From assembly GCF_000020385.1 (NCBI RefSeq), contig NC_010814.1, positions 1,350,001 through 1,382,000 on the forward strand: 32,000 nt of DNA, in the 5' to 3' direction. Position 1 is the first letter of the stretch; every line of letters starts with the position of its first letter. Below the pieces are notes generated by a model, which was given only the letters and a program-made list of their open reading frames with translations, had not been told where the DNA came from and ran no database searches. Made by a program: the position numbers and the translations under genes. Below are positions 16,023 to 23,678 of this stretch, piece after piece. Origin of the DNA: Trichlorobacter lovleyi SZ (GTDB lineage Bacteria > Desulfobacterota > Desulfuromonadia > Geobacterales > Pseudopelobacteraceae).

Positions 16023-17024
16023 ATGGACTTCAAGTTTAATAGCGAGACGACTGAGGGTGAGACACCGGCTCAGCCCCAGGAGAAAGGTCGTCAGACCGGT
16101 CTGCTGGTGTTGTTGCTGCTGCTACTGGGGGGATTCGGCTATCTCTATTTCTTCACCGGCCTGATTCGGCCCCAGGAACAGCCACCAGCACCCCAGCCTC
16201 CGCCACAGGTGGTAAAACAACCGTTGCCGGCCCGTGATGCAGCACCTGCCGAAACGGCAAAAACTGCTGAACAAAAAGGACAGGTGTCGCCGCCACCGGT
16301 ATCTCCGGCAGCAAAGCCCGTGCCGAAACCGGCTGATCCCAAGGTCGCAGCAGCACCTGCTGCAAAACCGGAGGAAAAGAAACCAGCTCCTGTAAAGCCG
16401 GTTACAAAGCCTGAACCGGCAAAGGGCGCGTCACCCCCGGCAATAAAGAAGCCGGAGCCTGTAAAGCCTGCTACACCGGTCAAGCAGACTGAGAAGGCGG
16501 CGGTAACGGCAAAGAACGTTCCACAAAAGATGGCTGAGCCTGTCAGGAAGGCCGTTGCCGTTCCGAAGAAAAGTGGTCCCTGGACGGTTGTGGCTGGACT
16601 CTATGTGGTTGAAGAAACGCTTGCTGCTGATCTGCCAAAGGTAAAAAAGGCCGGTCTGACACCGCTGATGACCAGTGGTCCCAGGCGCCCGGTTTCCATG
16701 CATCGCCTCTTTTATAATGAGTATAGCGATAAGGACCAGGCCCGTCAGGCAGTAGAGATGTTGCGCAGTAAAGCCGGTGATGGCTTTTCGGTGCAACGTG
16801 GTGATAAGCATGAGGTCTATGCCGGTTCCTATGCCGTGCAGAGCGGCGCACGGTCTGAACAGCAACGTCTTGCTGCGGCCGGTATCAATGTAACGATCAG
16901 AAAGAGTCAGGTACCCCTTGCCTCCCGCAAGCTGACAGCAGGTACCTTCACTGACCGCAAGGCCGCTGAAGAGGCTCTGAAGAAGCTGAAGGGAGCCGGT
17001 ATAGCGGCGCCGGTACTTGAGTAA
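16023..17024 (+). CDS. SPOR-domain protein: TM anchor, long Pro/Ala/Lys-rich linker, C-terminal SPOR-like repeats
   Basis: TM helix LLVLLLLLLGGFGYLYFF. PxK-rich low-complexity region (KPVPKPADPK..KPEEKKPAPVKPVTKPEPAK..). C-terminal beta-alpha-beta-beta units (HEVYAGSYAVQSGARSEQQRLAAAGI; LTAGTFTDRKAAEEALKKLKGAGI). ATG 16023 sits 7 nt after GGAGG. Confidence 0.7.
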   Translation: MDFKFNSETTEGETPAQPQEKGRQTGLLVLLLLLLGGFGYLYFFTGLIRPQEQPPAPQPPPQVVKQPLPARDAAPAETAKTAEQKGQVSPPPVSPAAKPVPKPADPKVAAAPAAKPEEKKPAPVKPVTKPEPAKGASPPAIKKPEPVKPATPVKQTEKAAVTAKNVPQKMAEPVRKAVAVPKKSGPWTVVAGLYVVEETLAADLPKVKKAGLTPLMTSGPRRPVSMHRLFYNEYSDKDQARQAVEMLRSKAGDGFSVQRGDKHEVYAGSYAVQSGARSEQQRLAAAGINVTIRKSQVPLASRKLTAGTFTDRKAAEEALKKLKGAGIAAPVLE

Positions 17025-17035
17025 CGGAGGGGCTG

Positions 17036-17956
17036 GTGTCTGAGCCGGTCAAGATAAATATCCCGGCATCTGTGGCAGCGTTTGTGCGGCCGGGGACGCC
17101 ATTACAGGAACGTTTGCGGGGGGCTGGAGGTGCTGTTGACCTCCCCCCGCGTGAACTGCTGTTGCTGCTTTTCTGTCTTGGCAAGGATACTGATCAGGAG
17201 GTGTGTACACGTGCAACCTCCAGCATGGCCTCATTGCCCCCGGGCCTGATATGTGCTGCCCTTGAAGGCGGTGAGTATCATCCGGCTGTCCTGCATGCTT
17301 TGGCCTTGAACCGTGGAGCAACCACCGAGATCAGGACTGCCCTGTTGGAACGGCCCGAACTGTCTGATGTGACGCGGGAGCTTCTACAGACGTTTCATAC
17401 GGCTGTGTCCGAACCGGAAGAGATCGGAGCTGCAGGGACGGATGTCGGCGGGCTTCCTTTGGATGATGAGGAGTTGCTTCCTGATGAGCAGTTTACCGAA
17501 TCTGAGCATGATCAGGAAGCTGAACCGGGTGAATCGGATGAAGAATATCTGAGTAAATACCAGTTGGCCCAGGAGATGGGAATTGGCGAAAAGATCAAGA
17601 TGGCGCTGACCGGTGACAAGGAATGGCGCAAAATTCTGGTTAAGGATGCCAACAAGCTGGTGAGCGCCGGGGTGCTTAAGAATCCACGGATGTCCGAGCC
17701 GGAGGTCTTGACGCTCTTGAAGTCCGGGGTACAGAACGATGAGATCATGCGGCTGATCTGTGCCAACAAGGAATGGGTGAAAAACTACCAGATCCGTAAG
17801 GCGCTGATAGAAAATCCAAAGACTCCCTTGGCTAATGCACTGCGTTATCTGGGTACCATGAATGAAAAGGATGTTGCCGGTTACGCCAAAAGCCGCAATA
17901 TTTCTTCCGTGGTATCAACCCAGGCCAAACGGATGCTGCTGAATAAAAAACGCTAG
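17036..17956 (+). CDS. Hypothetical helical-repeat protein (HEAT/leucine-rich-variant-like NPxxP repeats) with an acidic linker
   Basis: GTG 17036 sits 5 nt after GGAGG. Repeats of the type LKNPRMSEPEVLTLLKS / LIENPKTPLANALRYLG. Acidic stretch DDEELLPDEQFTESEHDQEAEPGESDEEY. No catalytic motif recognised. Confidence 0.55.
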   Translation: MSEPVKINIPASVAAFVRPGTPLQERLRGAGGAVDLPPRELLLLLFCLGKDTDQEVCTRATSSMASLPPGLICAALEGGEYHPAVLHALALNRGATTEIRTALLERPELSDVTRELLQTFHTAVSEPEEIGAAGTDVGGLPLDDEELLPDEQFTESEHDQEAEPGESDEEYLSKYQLAQEMGIGEKIKMALTGDKEWRKILVKDANKLVSAGVLKNPRMSEPEVLTLLKSGVQNDEIMRLICANKEWVKNYQIRKALIENPKTPLANALRYLGTMNEKDVAGYAKSRNISSVVSTQAKRMLLNKKR

Positions 17957-17980
17957 AAGACTGAACAAGGCCCTTCCTTT

Positions 17981-18793
17981 ATGGCGGTTATTAATCACGC
18001 AAAGCGTGAAATAAATGCGAAAATTGTCTATTTTGGTTCCCCTGGCTGTGGCAAGGGGGCGCTGTTTCAGTTTATACATCAGAGAATCAAGCCAAGCCTG
18101 TGCGGGCCGCTCAAGTCGATGCCTGCCGGTCAGGACTCGTTACTTTTCTTTGACTATATCCCGTTTGAAGCCTCCAGTCTGGATGGTTATCGTATCCGTT
18201 TTCATCTCTATACCATGACCGGTCCGGTTGCCAACCCGGGGACCTGGAAGATGACCTTGAAGGGGGTTGACGGAATTGCCCTTGTAACAAACGGGAGAGC
18301 ATCCGGCCATGATGCGGTTGACAGTCTGCGAGTCTTAAAATCAATGTTGGCCGGTTACGGTAGAGATTTGCGCAGTCTGCCCCGAATCTGGCTCCCAACT
18401 GATCTTTCTGATAGCGGCGATGCCGGCTCTGAACTCATGACCTGTTTTGATACAAGCCGTACGGTCGTCTGCTCGACGACAAACGGTGAAGGGGTGTTGC
18501 AGGGTCTGGCAGTGCTTTCCCAGGAGGTGTTACAGGGGCTGCGGGATGAGTACGAGCCGGCACGTGAGCCTGCTATTACTTCAATGCTGCCGGTTGAACC
18601 GCCTGATGAGCTGTTCGCAGATTCCGGCCAGGGCGCGCCACTTCAGTCATTTAAATCAGTTGTGCTGCCTGAACTCAAGGTGTCTCTGGCAGGGAATACA
18701 ACAGTCACCATCCCCTTGTCCATTCAGCTTGGAGACTCTGTTAAACGCTGTAACCTGCGTTTTTCAGTTCAGCTTGAAGAAGAGTCGTTATGA
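17981..18793 (+). CDS. MglA-family Ras-like small GTPase homologue with degenerate nucleotide motifs and a ~110-aa C-terminal extension
   Basis: INHAKREINAKIVYFGSPGCGKG....I and RFHLYTMTGPV...K.TLKGVDGI align with M. xanthus MglA [24 protein letters not shown] and RFHLYTVPGQV...KLILKGVDGV (MglA sequence recalled from memory). Confidence 0.7.
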   Translation: MAVINHAKREINAKIVYFGSPGCGKGALFQFIHQRIKPSLCGPLKSMPAGQDSLLFFDYIPFEASSLDGYRIRFHLYTMTGPVANPGTWKMTLKGVDGIALVTNGRASGHDAVDSLRVLKSMLAGYGRDLRSLPRIWLPTDLSDSGDAGSELMTCFDTSRTVVCSTTNGEGVLQGLAVLSQEVLQGLRDEYEPAREPAITSMLPVEPPDELFADSGQGAPLQSFKSVVLPELKVSLAGNTTVTIPLSIQLGDSVKRCNLRFSVQLEEESL

Positions 18794-19476
18794 TCTTATC
18801 CTCATTTGAGATACAGTTGCTTATACGTCTGTTACTGGCAACCTTGCTGGGCGGCTTGATCGGTCTTGAGCGGGAACTCCATGGTCGTCCGGCCGGTTTC
18901 CGTACGCATTTAATGGTGGCGTTGGGAGCAGCCCTCTATATGGGGGTCTCGTTGCATTTCTACCAGGTTTATGGTGCTCTTTCAGGGAATCTCGCGGTAC
19001 GGGTAGACCCTGGTCGTGTTGCTGCCCAGATTGTCGTCGGGATCGGCTTTTTGGGGGCTGGGGCGATAATTCGTGAGAATGCCTCTGTACGTGGTCTGAC
19101 AACGGCAGCCTGCCTTTGGGTGGCAGCAGCTATCGGTACGGCCTGTGGTGCCGGAATGCTCTTGATTGCTGTGGTGGTGACCGCTATTTCTCTCGTCAGT
19201 CTGCTCGTTTTAAAGCGGGTGGAGGAGGGATTGAGCCGGGATATTTACCAGCAGGTAATGGTGTCGAGCGAATACCGTGAGGGGCAATCGGAGCGGATTG
19301 CCCAGGCGGTACGGGATTGCGGCTCTGATTTGATGGAAAGCGGTATTGCGCGGGATGTTGAAGCTGGTACAGTGACATTTGAATTTCGTGTCAGGGTAAT
19401 CAGTGGGATTGCAACCTGCAAACTGGTTGATGTCCTGTCAGGCATTGAAGGGGTGAAACTGGTTAGTCTGCGCTGA
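18790..19476 (+). CDS. mgtC: MgtC/SapB-family membrane protein
   Basis: LLLATLLGGLIGLERE..GRPAGFRTH..V..G(A)AL signature. About 4-5 TM helices plus a cytoplasmic ACT-like C-terminal domain. The ATG overlaps the upstream stop (ATGA, 18790-18793). Confidence 0.85.
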   Translation: MILSSFEIQLLIRLLLATLLGGLIGLERELHGRPAGFRTHLMVALGAALYMGVSLHFYQVYGALSGNLAVRVDPGRVAAQIVVGIGFLGAGAIIRENASVRGLTTAACLWVAAAIGTACGAGMLLIAVVVTAISLVSLLVLKRVEEGLSRDIYQQVMVSSEYREGQSERIAQAVRDCGSDLMESGIARDVEAGTVTFEFRVRVISGIATCKLVDVLSGIEGVKLVSLR

Positions 19477-20059
19477 TTTGCCGATTCAAGCGGGGCAAGA
19501 GGAACGGGACGTCGCGCTGGTATTGGCGGTAGGTGTCGCCAAACAGTCGAATCATCCTGCGTTCTTCAAGCAGGGCCCCAAAGATAAAGTAAGGGATGCT
19601 GAACAGGGTCAAAACGAGCCAGCGTGTTGTGATAACCGGGTTTAACAGCAAAAACAGTATGCCGAGCAGATAGAGCGGATGTCTGACTACGGCATAGCAA
19701 CCGGTAGTTATCAGCGCGGGACGCTCATGCAGACTGGCTATATCCGTGCCCAGAAAGCCTGCCAGACCGGTCTGACGAAGACAGGCCAGGCCTGCCCAGA
19801 TTATGATAAATTGCAATCCATACAGCACAAGGCTCCATACGCCTGGCAGGACATAGATAACGCTGGTTGATTGCCACGCCAGCATAACCCAGCCAAAAAG
19901 CAGCATTGAAAACAGGTTGTAGATAAGGCGATACCCGGCCAAGGGGCGTCCTGCTAAATGCTCTATGCGCTCCTTGATACGCGGTGCCGCCAGCAGTGAA
20001 TGGGTGATGCAGAAAACGGTAAGGCGTAGCACGAAGTCCAGGCTGTCCGGCACGGTCAC
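19463..20059 (-). CDS. Membrane methyltransferase-family protein (ICMT/PEMT-like)
   Basis: Multi-TM protein with C-terminal LITTGCYAVVRHPLY...EERRMIRLFGDTYRQYQRDVP, the ICMT/phospholipid-methyltransferase-type signature. Confidence 0.7.
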   Translation of the reverse strand: MTVPDSLDFVLRLTVFCITHSLLAAPRIKERIEHLAGRPLAGYRLIYNLFSMLLFGWVMLAWQSTSVIYVLPGVWSLVLYGLQFIIIWAGLACLRQTGLAGFLGTDIASLHERPALITTGCYAVVRHPLYLLGILFLLLNPVITTRWLVLTLFSIPYFIFGALLEERRMIRLFGDTYRQYQRDVPFLLPRLNRQISAD

Positions 20060-20165
20060 CTCCTTTGTCAGAGTCGTACCCTAGCATTGCCGTCTTGTAC
20101 AGACAAGCGGAACGTGTTAGGTTCTTGCCGTATACAATTAGTTTGAACCGGAGGAGTGCATTAAA

Positions 20166-20993
20166 ATGCCGATTATTACGATTTCCCGTGAAATGGGAAC
20201 CGGTGCTTATGGTGTAGCCAAGGAGTTGGCAAAAAAACTGAAGTATACACTGGTTGACGGTCCCAAACTTGCCGCTTGTGCCGCTGAATACGGACTCAGC
20301 CTGGAACTGCTGCAGGCGGTGGATGAAAAGCCTCCTTCTTACAACACGGTGGAAGATCGGGCCCGGGCTGCTTCGTTAAACTCCATTGAACTCATTCTGC
20401 TTGATCTTGCCAAGAAGGGAAACGTCATTCTCTACGGCCGCGGCGGGCAGGATCTGCTGCAGGGTTGCGGCAATGTCCTTCGCTTGAGGTTTGTTGCGGA
20501 TTTTGAAGAGCGGGTTGAGCGTTTTGCAGAGCGGGAGTGGATTGACCCTGATCTTGCGCAGGAGCTGATCCGGCGTAGTGATCATCAACGGGGCGGATTT
20601 ATCCATTTCTATTTCGATCGTGACTGGAATGACCCTCTGGGATACGACCTGACGTTCAACACATCCCGGCTTTCTCCTGGCGCCATTATTGATATTATCG
20701 TGGCTGCCGTGAAGGATTCGCAGCTGAAAGAAGCTGACTCCTGGTCTGCCGATGAGATTGAAAATACCATTTTGGTGAAAAAGATAGAAACCGCTCTGCT
20801 GCGTTCTGAAGAGCTTGAGTATCGTCCGTTCAGGATTGAAGTGGAAGACGGGCAGGTCACCCTGTCCGGGTACATCGGTTCAGAACAGGAAAAAAAGGCT
20901 GCACTGAAGGTAGCTGCAGCCATCAAGGGTGTTGAAAGTGTGGTTGATAATCTGCACGTGGTTAACTATAGGGAATATAAGGAAAAATGCTGA
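20166..20993 (+). CDS. Cytidylate-kinase-like family protein with a C-terminal BON domain
   Basis: N-terminus MPIITISREMGTGAYGVAKELAKKL.Y..VD is typical of the Cytidylate_kin2 family. C-terminus VTLSGYIGSEQEKKAALKVAAAIKGVESVVDNLHV is BON-like. Confidence 0.7.
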   Translation: MPIITISREMGTGAYGVAKELAKKLKYTLVDGPKLAACAAEYGLSLELLQAVDEKPPSYNTVEDRARAASLNSIELILLDLAKKGNVILYGRGGQDLLQGCGNVLRLRFVADFEERVERFAEREWIDPDLAQELIRRSDHQRGGFIHFYFDRDWNDPLGYDLTFNTSRLSPGAIIDIIVAAVKDSQLKEADSWSADEIENTILVKKIETALLRSEELEYRPFRIEVEDGQVTLSGYIGSEQEKKAALKVAAAIKGVESVVDNLHVVNYREYKEKC

Positions 20994-21860
20994 TTAGTTA
21001 GCTCGGGTCGAGCGTTCGGCAGCACGTTTGCGTAAGGGCGGGAGCAAGGCATCGGAAAAACGTATGCCTCCCCGCCCTTTTCCTATTTGATCATGTTCCT
21101 CAATACCGTGGAAATCCGAACCGCCGGTTGGCATCAGCTGTAAACGATTTGCCAGACTCTGCAAAAACATGGTCTCCTGATCTGTTGCCAAGGAGTTGTA
21201 TATTTCGATGCCATCCAGTCCAAGCTCTTTCAACTCAGAGATCAGCTCCGTTAAAAGCTGTTGGTCGCGGGTGATGCTGGTTGGATGGGCCAGTACTGCA
21301 ACCCCGCCAACGCGTTGAATCGTTGCCAGTGCCTCTTCCATGGGCCAGTAGGTTTTGGGCACGTCACACGGGACAAGATAACGGGAAAAAGCGTCTTCCA
21401 TGCCGGTTGCGTAGCCACGCTGCAGCAGGGCACGGGCAATGTGCGGGCGTCCCATGACACCGTCAGCAAGTGCCTCAACTTCGTTAAACGCTAACGGCTC
21501 TTTTGCCTGCTGTTGCAGTGCCTGATTTACAGCCATAACAATTTCTCGATTGCGGTTGGCTCTGCGAAAGGCGAATCTGTCCAGTTGTTCTGTCAATTCC
21601 GGGGCATAAATATCAATCCAGTATCCCAGTAGATGAACATCGGAAAATCCTCTAAAGCAGACAGAAAGTTCAACTCCGGGAATGACCTCTATGCCTTGTT
21701 CTTTTCCGGCCAGGGTAGCGGCTTCAACCCCGGCAACCGTATCATGGTCGCACAAGGCAATTGTGCTGAGTCCTGATAGTTGTGCGGCAGAAACCAGCTG
21801 CGCCGGAGCCAGGATGCCGTCAGAGCAGCTTGAATGCAGATGGAGATCAATCATCATCAT
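20994..21860 (-). CDS. PHP-domain phosphoesterase (TrpH/YciV-like)
   Basis: IDLHLHSSCSDG, ALCDHDT, LAHP and GGSDFHG metal-binding motifs. Start is one of three consecutive ATGs (21860, 21857, 21854) after AAAGGA. The ORF-track extension to 21959 has no support. Confidence 0.85.
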   Translation of the reverse strand: MMMIDLHLHSSCSDGILAPAQLVSAAQLSGLSTIALCDHDTVAGVEAATLAGKEQGIEVIPGVELSVCFRGFSDVHLLGYWIDIYAPELTEQLDRFAFRRANRNREIVMAVNQALQQQAKEPLAFNEVEALADGVMGRPHIARALLQRGYATGMEDAFSRYLVPCDVPKTYWPMEEALATIQRVGGVAVLAHPTSITRDQQLLTELISELKELGLDGIEIYNSLATDQETMFLQSLANRLQLMPTGGSDFHGIEEHDQIGKGRGGIRFSDALLPPLRKRAAERSTRAN

Positions 21861-21948
21861 ATCCTTTCTGGCAGCATGATGCCGCTGCAGGGATAAAAAA
21901 GCAAGCCTCCGGTTGCCAGCTGAGGAGGCATGGGGTACTATTACTTCC

Positions 21949-22605
21949 ATGCGCGACAATCAGATTCATCACGTTATGACTGTTTTGGCAGAGGAGTGCC
22001 GGCAATGGGAGACTCCTTCGGTAACCGTCATTTCAGAACAGCACCGTTCAGCCTTTCATGTTCTGGTCTCCTGCATAATCTCGCTGCGCACCAAGGACGC
22101 CGTTACAGCCGCTGCCTCGGCCCGTTTGTTTGAGCGGGCAGCCTCTCCCGAGGCAATGATCTGTCTTACGCCTTCTGAGATAGCTGATCTGATCTATCCT
22201 GCGGGCTTTTATCGTACAAAAGCTGAACAAATTCATGCAATCTGCAGAACGTTGCTTACAGAGTATAATGGCAGCGTGCCGGATAATCTTGAACAGCTGC
22301 TCCGCCTCAAGGGGGTCGGTCGTAAAACTGCAAATTTGGTGATGACCCTTGGGCATGACAAACAGGGGATCTGCGTCGATATCCATGTGCATCGCATAAC
22401 AAACCGCTGGGGCTATGTTAACAGCGGCTCCCCTGACGAGACAGAACAGTTTCTGCGTGAAAAACTGCCTGCGGAGTATTGGAAAAAAATCAATGATCTT
22501 CTGGTCTGCTATGGCCAGAATCTGTGCTATCCTGTTTCTCCGGCCTGTTCCCGGTGCCGATTGCTGGACTGCTGCAGCAGGGTTGGGGTACAACGTAGCC
22601 GCTAG
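21949..22605 (+). CDS. nth: Endonuclease III-family DNA glycosylase (HhH-GPD with a 4Fe-4S cluster loop)
   Basis: HhH motif LLRLKGVGRKTANLV, DIHVHRITNRWG, and C-terminal C-x6-C-x2-C-x5-C (CYPVSPACSRCRLLDCC). ATG 21949 gives an 88-bp divergent intergenic region with the PHP gene. Confidence 0.8.
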   Translation: MRDNQIHHVMTVLAEECRQWETPSVTVISEQHRSAFHVLVSCIISLRTKDAVTAAASARLFERAASPEAMICLTPSEIADLIYPAGFYRTKAEQIHAICRTLLTEYNGSVPDNLEQLLRLKGVGRKTANLVMTLGHDKQGICVDIHVHRITNRWGYVNSGSPDETEQFLREKLPAEYWKKINDLLVCYGQNLCYPVSPACSRCRLLDCCSRVGVQRSR

Positions 22606-22732
22606 TGTGATAATATTTTAAACCACGGTTGTAGATAAAAATCATGGTTGCCACAGTACCGCTTTCGGTGTAATAAATGCAAAGCTGCTTTTGGATAACA
22701 TTATTTTATTTTATTAATAGGAGGAACTGGAG

Positions 22733-23599
22733 ATGTTACGAAAGATCGGTTTTATCGGTTTAGGCACAGTGGGACGGCATATGGCGGCCAATCTCGTCAG
22801 GGGGGGCTATGATCTTGCGGTTTTTGATACGGACCCATCAAAGATGGACGAGCTAGTGGCTCTTGGAGCAACCGGTGCTGAAACTGCTGCAGAGGCGGCC
22901 CGTGGTCGTGAACTGGTTATCTCCATCGTTTCTGAAGGGGATGAGCAGGGCCCTCTGTTCTGTGGTGAAACCGGTATTTTGGCAGGCATTGAGCCGGGCA
23001 CCATTTTTGCCGATATGGGGACGACTTCGCTTGAAACAACGCTCCAGATGGCTGAAGAAACGGCTAAAAAGCGGTGTTTCTATCTTGATGCCCCAGTGTG
23101 GGGCAACAAGGATCATGCCGCAAGTGGCTTGTTGACCATAATTGTTGGCGGTGACCCGGGTATCATTGGTAAGTGTAGAGAACCTTTTAGTATTTTTGGC
23201 TTGAATACCATTACTGTCGGTGAGATTGGTGATGCCACCAAGATGAAGTTTATTGTCAATATGGTGCAGGGTACCTTGGTTCAGGTGCTCGCTGAAGGTT
23301 TGGTCTTTGGTGAAAAAATGGGTTTCAGTGCCGATAAAATTCTTGAAGTGCTGGATACCCGCGGCGTTGCCTCTCCGATCTTCCATCTCAAGGGGAGAGC
23401 CATGTCCCGCAACGAGTTTACACGTAGTCTTGCTATGAAATATGTGAATGACGGTATGCATCTGGTTATGAATGCTGCCCGTCTGGTTGGGTTGCATCTG
23501 CCTGCTGCCGAGGCGGCTAGCAAGATGTATGAAAAGGGGGTTGAGGCTGGCTATGGTGAAGAAGATTTCTCGGCCGTTATCAAGGTTCTGAGAAAATAG
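22733..23599 (+). CDS. NAD(P)-dependent beta-hydroxyacid dehydrogenase family (3-hydroxyisobutyrate / succinic semialdehyde / glyoxylate reductase-like)
   Basis: Rossmann motif IGFIGLGTVGRHMAANL, DAPV.G and K.(F)VN motifs. AGGAGGA RBS precedes ATG 22733. Confidence 0.85.
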   Translation: MLRKIGFIGLGTVGRHMAANLVRGGYDLAVFDTDPSKMDELVALGATGAETAAEAARGRELVISIVSEGDEQGPLFCGETGILAGIEPGTIFADMGTTSLETTLQMAEETAKKRCFYLDAPVWGNKDHAASGLLTIIVGGDPGIIGKCREPFSIFGLNTITVGEIGDATKMKFIVNMVQGTLVQVLAEGLVFGEKMGFSADKILEVLDTRGVASPIFHLKGRAMSRNEFTRSLAMKYVNDGMHLVMNAARLVGLHLPAAEAASKMYEKGVEAGYGEEDFSAVIKVLRK

Positions 23600-23626
23600 T
23601 CTGGTCACAGCCAGGTATGTTTTTTA

Positions 23627-23654
23627 CAAAAGGCGTTCTTCGGAGCGCCTTTTG
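23627..23654 (+). terminator. Rho-independent terminator
   Basis: CAAAAGGCGTTC (23627-23638) pairs with GAGCGCCTTTTG (23643-23654) around a TTCG tetraloop (one G.T wobble), followed by TGCTTG. It lies 28 nt after the dehydrogenase stop. Confidence 0.6.
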
Positions 23655-23678
23655 TGCTTGCGGAGAGGAGGTACTGTC

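Noticed and set aside
22606-22732. Sigma54-type or other special promoter in the AT-rich region upstream of the dehydrogenase (TGGTTGCCACAG...)
   Set aside because: The GG and GC elements are not at the 12-nt register of the TGGCAC-N5-TTGC consensus. Only weak 4-5-bp hairpins are present.
22048-23608. 181-aa and 251-aa minus-strand ORFs opposite nth and the dehydrogenase
   Set aside because: They have no motifs or RBS. The plus-strand frames carry HhH/Fe-S and Rossmann signatures respectively.
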